Assembly: GCA_947629405.1 (NCBI GenBank)
Contig: CANRDL010000001.1
Coordinates: 7,502 to 71,501 of the forward strand
Length of the DNA: 64,000 nucleotides
Reading direction: 5' to 3'
Source of the DNA: an uncultured Bacilli bacterium
GTDB taxonomy: Bacteria > Bacillota_I > Bacilli_A > RF39 > UBA660
A program made the position numbers and the translations under genes. The notes beneath the pieces are model-generated. The model had not been told where the DNA came from, did no database searches, and was given only the letters and a program-made list of their open reading frames with translations. Below, in pieces: positions 30,075 through 40,022 of this stretch; position 1 is the stretch's first letter; each line of letters starts with the position of its first letter.

Positions 30075-31322
30075 ATGATTAATTTTTTAAAAACTACTAG
30101 TAATTGTGGTGTAAATGATTTTTGCACCGATATTGGTGTTAAAAAAACATTTAAATATTTTGGATATTTATTATTTTTTCTAAAAATAGTTATTCCTTTA
30201 TTAATAATTGTAATGGCAACAATTGACCTATTTAAAGCTATTACAGCTCCCTCACCAGATGAAGAGTTTAAAAAATCTATTTTTTCTATTATAAAAAGAA
30301 TAGTTGCTGGGCTATTAATCTTTTTTGCGCCAACAATTATTTATTTTGTAATTGATTCAATATATAGTTTTCAAAAAATTCAAGATTGTGCAAGTTGTTT
30401 ATTTAAACCTTTTAATTGTGATTTATCAAAGATAGAAAAATGTGAAATAAAAGTAAAAGAGATAAAAATTGATAATTGTAAATCTGGTAGTTTAGAATTA
30501 ACACAAGGTGATTTTCAAAAATTATATCCTATATTTACACCTGCTGATGCTAATAATACTTCTATTAAATGGAAAACAAATAAAAAAAGTATTGTTAGTG
30601 TTGATCAACTTGGTTATATTACTGCTAAAAAGAAAGGTAATGTTACTATTACGGTATCACTAAAAAATGATCCTTCCATCAAAGCAAAATGTAAAATTAA
30701 AGTATCTGATAGACCAAAATATGATAGTAAAGGTGATGAGTCTTCATCAAGTGGTGTAACATCATCCAAAGTAGGTAATTATACTTATTATAATCAATGT
30801 TCTGCTGAGTATAAAGGAACTGGAGCTTTTTGTAATAGTGATCCGTGTAGTGTCGGATGTGGAGCATTTGCTTTGACGATGGTTATTGCTAATTTATCTA
30901 AACCAAATGTTACACCTAGCGATGTTATGGAATGGTTGTGTAATAATGGTCATTATGGTGGTGCTATGGGAGAAGATTTCTTTGATACTACAAAAGCTAA
31001 ATCCAAAAATTTACAGGCGCATTATAACTTAAAAACAACCAATATTAATGGTGGTACAGGTTATCCTTCAGCTAAAACATTGAAAAAGATGGGTAATAAA
31101 TTAAAAAAAGGTGAAATGCTTATTTGTTTAGTACCATATCATTTTATTGTATTAGCTGGAGATTCAGCAGGGAATGTAACTGTTTTAGATCCAGGAAATG
31201 TTTTTAATAATAAAACATATACATCAGTAGAAAGTGCTTATAAAGCAGTATATAATTTTTGGTATCAAAAAAATGGTAATCAATATTCAGGCTCAGTTTG
31301 GTCTTATAAAAAAGCTAATTAA
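30075..31322 (+). CDS. Membrane-anchored Big_2 (Ig-like) plus C39-like cysteine peptidase domain protein
   Basis: N-terminal TM helices. Big_2-like stretch (SIVSVDQLGYITAKKKGNVTITVS). C39_2-like catalytic Cys (CGAFALTMVIANL) and His (YHFIVLAGD). Confidence 0.55.
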   Translation: MINFLKTTSNCGVNDFCTDIGVKKTFKYFGYLLFFLKIVIPLLIIVMATIDLFKAITAPSPDEEFKKSIFSIIKRIVAGLLIFFAPTIIYFVIDSIYSFQKIQDCASCLFKPFNCDLSKIEKCEIKVKEIKIDNCKSGSLELTQGDFQKLYPIFTPADANNTSIKWKTNKKSIVSVDQLGYITAKKKGNVTITVSLKNDPSIKAKCKIKVSDRPKYDSKGDESSSSGVTSSKVGNYTYYNQCSAEYKGTGAFCNSDPCSVGCGAFALTMVIANLSKPNVTPSDVMEWLCNNGHYGGAMGEDFFDTTKAKSKNLQAHYNLKTTNINGGTGYPSAKTLKKMGNKLKKGEMLICLVPYHFIVLAGDSAGNVTVLDPGNVFNNKTYTSVESAYKAVYNFWYQKNGNQYSGSVWSYKKAN

Positions 31323-31334
31323 GGAGGAAAGTAA

Positions 31335-32267
31335 ATGAAAAACTTAAAGGTATTATTTATGGGAACACCAGAATTTAGTGTTAATGTTTTAAATAGTTTG
31401 ATAGAAAATTGTGATGTCGTTGCAGTTATATCTCAACCAGATAAAGTAGTGGGTAGAAAACATAAAATAGAATTTTCTCCTATTAAAAAAGTGGCCGTAA
31501 ATAATAATATAAAATTATTACAACCAGTCAAAATAAAAGATATTTATGAAGATATCAAAAAAATTGATTTTGATATTATAATTACATGTGCTTATGGGCA
31601 AATAATACCTAAAAAAATATTGGATTTACCAGAGCTTGGTTGTATTAATGTTCATGCTTCTTTACTTCCTGAACTAAGAGGTGGGGCACCTATTCATCAT
31701 GCTATAATAGATGGTTATAAAAAAACGGGCATAACTATTATGTATATGGATGAAAAAATGGATACGGGTGATATTATTGCCAGTGAAGAAATCGAAATAA
31801 CTGATGATATGAATATGGGAATTTTACATGATAAATTATCTGCGATGGGAGCTTCTTTATTAATTAATACTTTACCAAAAATAATGGATAATACTAATTT
31901 CAGATTAAAACAAGATGATGAATTTGCCACATATGCTAAAATTATAAAAAGAGAAGATGAACATTTAGACTTTCATAAAAAAGCTCGAGAAATTTTTAAT
32001 AGAGTACGAGGACTTTATCCCAATCCTTTATCATTTATGATTGTAAATGGAGAAGAAATAAAAGTTTTAGAATGTACTTATGAAATATGTAAAACTAAAA
32101 ATATTTCAGTTATTGATTCTATTAGTAAAGATAGTATAAATATTAGTTGTGATGATGGAATTATAAAAATTACGAAAATTAAACCCGCTGGTAAAAAAGA
32201 AATGTTAGTTAGAGATTATTTAAATGGAATAAAAAAAGAAACATTAATTGGAAAAGAGGTTCAATAA
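31335..32267 (+). CDS. fmt: Methionyl-tRNA formyltransferase
   Basis: N-terminal MGTPEFSV and catalytic HASLLPELRGGAPI motif. Confidence 0.9.
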   Translation: MKNLKVLFMGTPEFSVNVLNSLIENCDVVAVISQPDKVVGRKHKIEFSPIKKVAVNNNIKLLQPVKIKDIYEDIKKIDFDIIITCAYGQIIPKKILDLPELGCINVHASLLPELRGGAPIHHAIIDGYKKTGITIMYMDEKMDTGDIIASEEIEITDDMNMGILHDKLSAMGASLLINTLPKIMDNTNFRLKQDDEFATYAKIIKREDEHLDFHKKAREIFNRVRGLYPNPLSFMIVNGEEIKVLECTYEICKTKNISVIDSISKDSINISCDDGIIKITKIKPAGKKEMLVRDYLNGIKKETLIGKEVQ

Positions 32268-32911
32268 TGAAAAAGAATGATGATAATATCATAAAAAAAA
32301 TGTGGAAAACTGAAAGAGGTAGAGCAATTATAAAATTATCTATTTATTTAATCTTTATTATTTTAGTAATAATATTTGTTAATATTGCTTCTTCTATGAA
32401 TAAGATAATAAAAGATACTAAAATTGTAGAAGATGCCGCTCCTACGATTCAAGAAATGAAAGATAATTTACTTAAAAATAATTATAAATATACCTATACA
32501 ATAACTAAAGATGCCAAAAAGACAGTTTATAGTGGAGAAAAACTAAAAAAAGAAGAAGTTGGTACTAAAGAAAATGAAATAGAAACAATAAAATATTATG
32601 TTAATGATGTTGCCTATTATCAACTAAAAATGGGTGAAAAAATCGAAATAAATAATTTATATGATGGGTTTAATATTAATATGATGGATAGTGAATTTAT
32701 CTTAAATCTTATTAAAGATAAATCTACTTTGATAAATCAAAATAAAAAATTAAAAGAGTATTCCTATGAATTTACATATGAAGACAAAAACATTGAAATT
32801 TCATTATTGGCATCAAAAGATGTTATTAAAGAAATTAATATTTTATATGATAATATAGAATATAACTTAAAATATTCAAATATTGGCAAAATAACAGAAT
32901 TAGATATATAA
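32267..32911 (+). CDS. Hypothetical membrane protein (214 aa)
   Basis: Single N-terminal TM. The start overlaps the fmt stop (ATGA). Confidence 0.45.
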   Translation: MKKNDDNIIKKMWKTERGRAIIKLSIYLIFIILVIIFVNIASSMNKIIKDTKIVEDAAPTIQEMKDNLLKNNYKYTYTITKDAKKTVYSGEKLKKEEVGTKENEIETIKYYVNDVAYYQLKMGEKIEINNLYDGFNINMMDSEFILNLIKDKSTLINQNKKLKEYSYEFTYEDKNIEISLLASKDVIKEINILYDNIEYNLKYSNIGKITELDI

Positions 32912-33248
32912 AAACTTAGTATTATTTTTATATATTAGTTATACAGCAAAATACTATTTTAATTATTATTTAAAATAATTTTATTTGACAAAAAAACAAT
33001 ATTATATTAACATAGCTATTTATAAAATAAATATTTTTTAATAATGATTATGATAAATCCAAATTAGATATAATTCAAAATGGGATTAATTTATTTGAAA
33101 AAAGAAAAAAAATCACAAATCAATGATAACTCACAGTTTAATGATGAATATTATAATTCTAAAAAAGAAATATTAAATTTAATTGAAAAAATTAAAAGGA
33201 AGGTAAATTAAATTTCTTTATTTTGCCAATATTTTTTGGGGGTAAAAA

Positions 33249-34187
33249 ATGTTAAATGAAGAAACAAAAAATGAAATTAGGAATTTAATTGATTCTTATG
33301 GTATTAAAAAATGGGATCAAAATTTTTTAGATAAAATAAGTGAAATTGTTAATAATGATGATTATTTTGATAATTGTATTTCTATAATAAAAGATAATCA
33401 TATTAAATGTCCTATGGAAACAGATTATAGAAATACAATATATGAAAATAGTAATTTAATTGAAAAATTTATCGTTTGTACATGTAAAAGTTTAAAAAAA
33501 AATTTAAATTTAAAATATAATGATAAAAATCATCATTTACAAAATAAAAGTGATTTTATAACTCAAAATTTTCTTTTAATATTTTTATATTTACATGAGT
33601 GTTCACATGTTAAACAAAGTTTATATGCTTATAAGGATAAATCTGAATATGATCAAATTAATTCTATATATTATCGATTTAGAGTTTTGGAGTACCGTAG
33701 TATTTTTGATGACCAATATTTTTCAAAAATAAAAAGGATTATACGACAAAGAAACTATCATAATCATCATGATGATTATTTTTATGAAAGAAATGCTGAT
33801 ATAGAATCTTTAAAAGAATTAATGGCGATTTATGATAATAATTTTTTCAAAGATGCTATTGATATTAATTATATAAAAAAATTAATAAGTTATTTGTCAT
33901 TAGCTTATTATAAAGGTTATGAAAAAAAAGGGAATAAAATTATTTCACCATTTGAAAAAACTCTTAAATATTGTTTTTTTCCACCGGAAAATTTTAATTT
34001 TCAAAATTTACCATTTGAAATAATATTTGAACACGGTTTTCCTATAACTTTTAACGAATATCAAGAAATATTTAAAAGTACTAAAATTTTTCAAAATAAT
34101 TATTATAAACGTTTTGAAAATTTCAAAAATGTTGATCAGGATTATCATAATATTAATAAAAAGATAAAATCTTTAAATCAGAAATGA
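33249..34187 (+). CDS. HExxH-motif protein, paralog 1 (putative metallopeptidase-like; family unknown)
   Basis: 312 aa. LHECSHVKQ motif. Conserved C-terminal NFNFQNLPFEIIFEHGFPITFNEYQEIFKSTKIF. Confidence 0.5.
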   Translation: MLNEETKNEIRNLIDSYGIKKWDQNFLDKISEIVNNDDYFDNCISIIKDNHIKCPMETDYRNTIYENSNLIEKFIVCTCKSLKKNLNLKYNDKNHHLQNKSDFITQNFLLIFLYLHECSHVKQSLYAYKDKSEYDQINSIYYRFRVLEYRSIFDDQYFSKIKRIIRQRNYHNHHDDYFYERNADIESLKELMAIYDNNFFKDAIDINYIKKLISYLSLAYYKGYEKKGNKIISPFEKTLKYCFFPPENFNFQNLPFEIIFEHGFPITFNEYQEIFKSTKIFQNNYYKRFENFKNVDQDYHNINKKIKSLNQK

Positions 34188-34371
34188 AATAATTGACAAA
34201 AAAATAAAAATATACTAGTATATATAAAAAAATCAAATACATCGAGAGAAAATTTTATCTGCTAATGAGGTTATTATAATTTTAAAGAAGAAATATTATA
34301 TTTAATTGAAAAATTAAAAGGAAGGTAAATCAATTTTCTTTTGTTTTGCCAATATTTTTTGGGGGTAAAAA

Positions 34372-35289
34372 ATGTTAAATGAAGAAACAAAAAATGAAAT
34401 TAGGAATTTAATTGATTCTTATGGTATTAAAAAATGGGATCAAAAATTTTTAAATAAATTAAGTGAAATTGTTAATAATGATGATTATTTTGATAATTGC
34501 ATTTCTATGATAAAAGATAATCATATTAAATGTCCTATGAAAACAACTATTGAAAATATAATATATGAAAATAATAAGTTAATTGAAGAAATGATTATTT
34601 GGACATGTAAATATTTAAAAAAAGATTTAAACTTAAAAGATAATGATAAATATCATCATTTACAAAATAAAAATGATTTTATAACTCAAAATTTTCTTTT
34701 AATATTTGCGTATTTACATGAATGTTCACATGTTAAACAAAATTTATGTGCATTGAATAATAAATCAGAATATAGTCAAATTAATTCTATATATTATCGT
34801 TTTTATAATTTTGATTCTCAAAATTTTTCAAAAATAAAAACATTTATAAGACGAAGAAACTATCATACATATCATGCTGATTATTTTTATGAAAGAAATG
34901 CTTATATAGAATCTTTAAAAGAATTAATGGGAATTTATGATAATAATTTTTTCAAAGATGAAATTGATTATAATTATATAAAAAAATTAATAAGTCATAT
35001 GTCATTAATTTATTATACAGGTTATGAAAAAAAAGGTAATAAAATTATTTCACCATTTGAAAAAACTCTTAAATATAGTTTGTTCCCACCTGAAAATTTT
35101 AATTTTCAAAATTTACCATTTGAAGTAATATTTGAACATGGTTTTCCTATAACTTTTAATGAATATCAAGAAATATTTAAAAGTACTAAAATTTTTAAAA
35201 AAGATTATAAACTTTTTGAAAATTTCAATAATATTGTTTCGGATTATCATAATATTAATAAAAAAATAAAATCTTTAAATAGAAAATAA
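34372..35289 (+). CDS. HExxH-motif protein, paralog 2
   Basis: 305 aa. Same N-terminus (MLNEETKNEIRNLIDSYGIKKWDQ) and the same LHECSHVKQ motif as paralog 1. Confidence 0.5.
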   Translation: MLNEETKNEIRNLIDSYGIKKWDQKFLNKLSEIVNNDDYFDNCISMIKDNHIKCPMKTTIENIIYENNKLIEEMIIWTCKYLKKDLNLKDNDKYHHLQNKNDFITQNFLLIFAYLHECSHVKQNLCALNNKSEYSQINSIYYRFYNFDSQNFSKIKTFIRRRNYHTYHADYFYERNAYIESLKELMGIYDNNFFKDEIDYNYIKKLISHMSLIYYTGYEKKGNKIISPFEKTLKYSLFPPENFNFQNLPFEVIFEHGFPITFNEYQEIFKSTKIFKKDYKLFENFNNIVSDYHNINKKIKSLNRK

Positions 35290-35364
35290 AGAGTAAATAA
35301 AATTATTGGCAAATAATTTAAGTTATGTTATAATGATTTTATAAAAAAAGGCCATGATTAAGAA

Positions 35365-35560
35365 GTAGTAATAAGAGATTTATTTAAAGAGAGTCTATGG
35401 TTGGTGGAAATAGATAATAATATCTTATGAATTCGTCTTAGGAGCTTTATAAACAAAATTTATAACGGTGACGCGTTATAGTCATTAAGGTGTATATTTA
35501 TATACATAAATTAAGGTGGTACCACGTAGACACACGTCCTTATAGGATGTGTTTTTTTAA
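35365..35560 (+). promoter_or_regulatory. T-box riboswitch leader (Phe specifier UUC) with terminator
   Basis: aaagagagtctatggttggtggaaa stem-I element, specifier region atgaaUUCgtc, T-box sequence aaattaaggtggtaccacg, and terminator acacacgtcc...ggatgtgt followed by TTTTTTT. Confidence 0.8.
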
Positions 35561-35579
35561 ATTTTAAGGAGGAATATAA

Positions 35580-36623
35580 ATGGATAATTTAGAAAATATT
35601 TTAAGTGAGTTAGAAAAACAAATAGCTGATGTAAAAAATATTAATGAAGTAAATAATTTAAAAATTGAATATTTAGGAAAAAAAGGTAAAATAGGAAGTT
35701 TATCTTCCATAATCAAAACTTTACCAGTAGAAGAGAAAAAAGAATTTGGTAAAAAATTAAACGATTTAAAAATGAAAGCTACGGATATAATTAATGAAAA
35801 AGAAAATAAAATTAATGAAGATATCCTAAATGATAAATTGAAAAATGAAAGTATTGATATAACTTTACCAGCTACTAAAATTCCTATGGGTGTTTCTAAC
35901 ATACTAGAAAGAATTGTGGAAGAAATAGAAGAACTTTTAATTTCTATGGGATATGATGTAGTTGATGGTCCTGAAATTGAAGAAGATAAATATAATTTTG
36001 AACTTTTAAATATTCCTAAAGGACATCCAGCAAGAGATGCTCAAGATACTTTTTATATAAAAGATGAAGAAATACTTTTGCGTAGTCAAACATCTCCTGT
36101 TCAGGCTCGGGTAATGCTTGAAAATGAAGGGAAAAATCCTATAAGAATGATTTGTCCAGGTAAAACTTATCGAAGAGATGACGATGATGCTACTCATTCT
36201 CATCAATTTATGCAAATAGAAGGATTACTTGTTGATAAAGATATTTCATTATCTGATTTAAAAGGTACAATTGATGAAATAGTAAAAAAATTATTTGGTG
36301 AAGATTGTGTAACTCGTTTTAGACCAAGTTATTATCAGTTTACAGAACCATCTGTTGAAGTAGATATTAGTTGTTTTAAATGTAAGGGAAGTGGCTGCAA
36401 TATCTGTAAAAATACCGGTTGGATTACAGTAGCTGGTGCGGGAATAGTTCATCCTAATGTTTTAAAAAATTGTGGTTATGATCCTAATGTTTGGTCAGGA
36501 TTTGCTTTTGGTTTTGGAGCAGAAAGACTTGCTATGCTTAAATATGGAATTAATGATATTAGAGCATTTTATACTACCGATTTAAGAGAACTTGAAAGAT
36601 TTTCAAGAAAGGATAGTGAATAA
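35580..36623 (+). CDS. pheS: Phenylalanine--tRNA ligase alpha subunit
   Basis: Class II motifs (FRPSYYQFTEPS, GAGIVHPNVL). RBS AAGGAGG. Confidence 0.93.
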   Translation: MDNLENILSELEKQIADVKNINEVNNLKIEYLGKKGKIGSLSSIIKTLPVEEKKEFGKKLNDLKMKATDIINEKENKINEDILNDKLKNESIDITLPATKIPMGVSNILERIVEEIEELLISMGYDVVDGPEIEEDKYNFELLNIPKGHPARDAQDTFYIKDEEILLRSQTSPVQARVMLENEGKNPIRMICPGKTYRRDDDDATHSHQFMQIEGLLVDKDISLSDLKGTIDEIVKKLFGEDCVTRFRPSYYQFTEPSVEVDISCFKCKGSGCNICKNTGWITVAGAGIVHPNVLKNCGYDPNVWSGFAFGFGAERLAMLKYGINDIRAFYTTDLRELERFSRKDSE

Positions 36624-36624
36624 T

Positions 36625-38997
36625 ATGATTAGTTTAGAATGGGTAAAAGATTATATTGATATTGAAAATGAAGATTTAAAAGAATTAGCTGTAAAAATTA
36701 CGAAAGCGGGAATTAATGTTGAAAAAGTTATCTCTAATCATATTAATAATTTAGTTATTGGTAAAGTTTTAGAGTGTGTGCCGCATCCAGATTCTGATCA
36801 TTTAAATGTTTGTAAAGTAGATGTGGGTAATGAAATATTACAAATTGTCTGTGGTGCTCCTAATGTTCGAAAAGATTTAAAAGTTATTGTTTCAAGAGTA
36901 GGAGCAATACTTCCTGGCGATTTTGAAATCAAAAAAAGCGTAATAAGAGGAGTAGAATCAAATGGTATGATGTGTGCCTTATACGAATTAGGTTTAGAAG
37001 AAAAAACGGAAGAAACTTATCGTAAAGGAATTCATGAATTAGATAATGATGCTCCAATTGGTGTTGATCCTTTAAAATATTTAGGTTTAGATAATACTTT
37101 ATATGAATTGGATATTCATAAGCATCGTAATAATGATTGTTATTATCATATTGGTTTTGCTTATGAAATTGGCGCAATTATTAATAAGAAAGTAAAATTA
37201 CCAGATGATTCTTATACTGAAATTTCTGATTCAATTAAAGATCATTTTAAATTACAAGTTAATACTTCAAAATGTCCTTATTTTTTAGCTAAAATGGTAA
37301 AAAATATAACTATAAAAGAATCTCCTGATTTTATTAAAAAAAGATTAATTGCTGCTGGAATGCGACCAATTAATAATGTTGTAGATATTTCCAATTATGT
37401 TATGTTGGAATATGGTCAACCAACTCATTTTTATGATTTTGATAAAATTGGTGATCATTTAATTGTTAGAGATGCCAAAGAAAATGAAAAAATTATAACT
37501 TTAGATGAAAAAGAAAGAATTTTATCAAAAGACGATATTGTAATTGCTAATGATAAAGAAGCATTATGTATTGCTGGAGTTATGGGTGGTTTAAATTCCG
37601 AAGTTACTGATGATACTAAAAATATTTTAATTGAAAGTGCTATATTTGAGGCTACTTCTATTAGATACACTTCAACTAAACTTAACTTAAAAAGTGAAGC
37701 ATCTATTAGATACAGCAAAGGTTTAAATTATGAATATACAAAAAAAGCTATTAATAGGGCTTGTCATTTATTAGAAAAATATGCTGATGCTACTATTTTA
37801 TCTGATATTGTTTCTTATGATGATGTCGATAAAACTAAAAAAATTGTAAAATTTAAAGCTGAAGAAATAAATAAAATGTTAGGAATTAAAATAAATAATG
37901 ATGATATTAAATTAGAACTTAATAGATTAGATTTTAAATTTAATTTTAAAAATGATGTATTTGAAGTCGAAATACCAAATAGAAGATTAGATATTGATCC
38001 AAATATTAATGATATTGCTGAAGAAATTGGCAGATTATATGGTTATCATAATTTAAAATCAACATTACCTAAAACAGAAATAAGAAAAGGTAAATATGTC
38101 GGTGATGTTAAATTTAGAAAGATGATTTCTAAAAGATTAAGATCCCTTGGTTTAAATGAATGTAAAACTTATACTTTAACATCTCCTGAAATGGCAAGTA
38201 AGTTTCGATATGATGATAAGAAAAATATTGTTTTAAATAAACCTATGAGTGTAGATAAATCAGTTATTAGAACTACTTTGATTCCTTCATTATTAAATGT
38301 TTTTGAATATAATAAAACAAGAAAAGTAGACGATGTACTTATTTATGAAATAAGTAAAACTTATGATGATGCTTACAATGAAGATACTAAAATTGCTATA
38401 TTAATGCAAGGTAATTATCTAATAAATAAATGGCAAAATACTAAAATCGCTGTTGATTTTTACTTAATAAAAGGAATAGTGGAGGATTTATTAAATTATT
38501 TAGGACTTGCAAATAGATATTCATTTGAAGTTGGTAATATTACTGATTTACATCCAGGTATTAGTGCTGAAATTATTTTAGATAAAGAAAAAATAGGTAT
38601 TATAGGAAGAGTTCATCCTAAACTTAAAAAAGATAATATTTTTGTCGTTGAACTTTCAATGAATAAATTAATGAAAAATATTAAACCAATAAAATACATT
38701 GAAGCATCAAAATATCCAGAAATAAAAAAAGATTTAGCATTTATTGTTAAAAAAGATGTCCAATCTAAAGATATCATGACGCAAATAAAGAAATCTGGTG
38801 GAAGATTACTTACTAATATTGATATCTTTGATGTTTATGTAGGTGAAAATATTGCATCAGATGAAAAATCAATTGCTTATTCTCTTACTTTTAATGATCC
38901 GACAAGAACTTTATCTGATGATGAAGTAATGGAAGTATTTAATAAAATTATTAAAGATGTAGAAGAAAAATGTAAAGCTAAACTTCGCGATAAATAA
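36625..38997 (+). CDS. pheT: Phenylalanine--tRNA ligase beta subunit
   Basis: Start MISLEWVKDYIDI immediately after the pheS stop. tRNA-binding, B3/B4 and B5 domains are present. The track's 36592 start is a TTG read-through. Confidence 0.92.
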   Translation: MISLEWVKDYIDIENEDLKELAVKITKAGINVEKVISNHINNLVIGKVLECVPHPDSDHLNVCKVDVGNEILQIVCGAPNVRKDLKVIVSRVGAILPGDFEIKKSVIRGVESNGMMCALYELGLEEKTEETYRKGIHELDNDAPIGVDPLKYLGLDNTLYELDIHKHRNNDCYYHIGFAYEIGAIINKKVKLPDDSYTEISDSIKDHFKLQVNTSKCPYFLAKMVKNITIKESPDFIKKRLIAAGMRPINNVVDISNYVMLEYGQPTHFYDFDKIGDHLIVRDAKENEKIITLDEKERILSKDDIVIANDKEALCIAGVMGGLNSEVTDDTKNILIESAIFEATSIRYTSTKLNLKSEASIRYSKGLNYEYTKKAINRACHLLEKYADATILSDIVSYDDVDKTKKIVKFKAEEINKMLGIKINNDDIKLELNRLDFKFNFKNDVFEVEIPNRRLDIDPNINDIAEEIGRLYGYHNLKSTLPKTEIRKGKYVGDVKFRKMISKRLRSLGLNECKTYTLTSPEMASKFRYDDKKNIVLNKPMSVDKSVIRTTLIPSLLNVFEYNKTRKVDDVLIYEISKTYDDAYNEDTKIAILMQGNYLINKWQNTKIAVDFYLIKGIVEDLLNYLGLANRYSFEVGNITDLHPGISAEIILDKEKIGIIGRVHPKLKKDNIFVVELSMNKLMKNIKPIKYIEASKYPEIKKDLAFIVKKDVQSKDIMTQIKKSGGRLLTNIDIFDVYVGENIASDEKSIAYSLTFNDPTRTLSDDEVMEVFNKIIKDVEEKCKAKLRDK

Positions 38998-39152
38998 AAT
39001 TTTTTATTAAACTTTGTAGTTAAATGAAAGAATAATTTAAAAACTTGGTTTTAGAAATATTTTGGCAAACCAATTAAATGTGTAATTTGACAAAATTATA
39101 AACAAAATCTTAATTTTATGTTATAATGAAAATATAGAATAGGATGTGTTTT

Positions 39153-39929
39153 ATGAAAGATGTTAATTTACTAATAAATAATAATGTTAATGTTAAAAAA
39201 AGTTTAGAAATATTTGAAAACATGCAAACCTATGATGAAATTTTATTAGAATTTTTAAATACTGTTGATGATAAAATTTCTAAAATAAAAACTTATAAAG
39301 AAATAGGGGATATGGCAAATTATGCTATTCAATCTCATTCTTTAAAAAGTGATGCTCGTACTTTTGGATTTGAAAAACTTGCTGAAATTGCTTATCAACA
39401 TGAAATGGCTGGTAAAGCAAATGATATTTATTTTGTTACAGAACATTTTGACGAATTTATGAAAGAAGCAATGTTTATTTCTAACTTAGTAAAACAATAT
39501 TTTGGTAAAACACCTGTAACAGTTTCTAATAATCAAACACAAGTTAATAATATAACTAATAATACAATCTTAGTAGTTGATGACTCTACTATAATAGTTT
39601 CCTATATTGAAAAAATGTTAGGTAAAGAATATAATGTAAAAATAGCTAATGATGGTGAAGAAGCTTTAAATATTATAAAAAATGATTCTGATAATATTGT
39701 AGCTATGTTACTTGATTTAAATATGCCTAATGTTGATGGTTATCAAGTACTTGAATATTTTAAAGAAACTAATTTATTTAAGAAAATACCTGTTGCAATT
39801 ATTACGGGAGAAGATTCTAAAGATTCAATTAATAAAGTATTTAAATATCCAATTACTGATGTTTTAGCAAAACCGTTTAATGAATCTAGAATTAAAGAAA
39901 TAATAAATAAGATGTTAAATTTTAAATAA
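39153..39929 (+). CDS. Hpt-domain plus CheY-like receiver (REC) domain phosphorelay protein; no cognate kinase adjacent
   Basis: Hpt motif HSLKSDARTFGF. REC with LVVDDS, phospho-acceptor LLDLNMP and K in LAKPF. Confidence 0.7.
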   Translation: MKDVNLLINNNVNVKKSLEIFENMQTYDEILLEFLNTVDDKISKIKTYKEIGDMANYAIQSHSLKSDARTFGFEKLAEIAYQHEMAGKANDIYFVTEHFDEFMKEAMFISNLVKQYFGKTPVTVSNNQTQVNNITNNTILVVDDSTIIVSYIEKMLGKEYNVKIANDGEEALNIIKNDSDNIVAMLLDLNMPNVDGYQVLEYFKETNLFKKIPVAIITGEDSKDSINKVFKYPITDVLAKPFNESRIKEIINKMLNFK

Positions 39930-39936
39930 TAAAAAT

Positions 39937-39961
39937 AAAGCATTAATTGCTTTATTTTTTT
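39937..39961. terminator. Bidirectional terminator between the Hpt-REC gene and the convergent sigma gene
   Basis: aaagcattaattgcttt hairpin followed by a T-run. Confidence 0.55.
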
Positions 39962-40022
39962 AATATTTAGAAATATTTAAAAAAGATATTAAAATTAGTC
40001 AATTATAATAGAGTAGGAAAAA

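Larger units (their letters stand above)
33160..35289 (+). repeat. Tandem duplication (~1.13-kb unit x2), each unit being a leader plus an HExxH-protein gene
   Basis: The leader ...ttaattgaaaaa(a)ttaaaaggaaggtaaat...ttttgccaatattttttgggggtaaaaaATGttaaatgaagaaacaaaaaatgaaattaggaatttaattgattcttatggtattaaaaaatgggatcaaaa is repeated at 33165 and 34293. The ORFs are about 75% identical. Confidence 0.85.

Noticed and set aside
32912-33248. A 337-bp AT-rich gap before the duplicated genes, examined as a possible mobile-element end, att site or tRNA
   Set aside because: No inverted terminal repeats, no integrase or transposase nearby, and no tRNA-like GC-rich cloverleaf segment. It contains a TTGACA -35-like hexamer, so it is more likely just a promoter/leader region.
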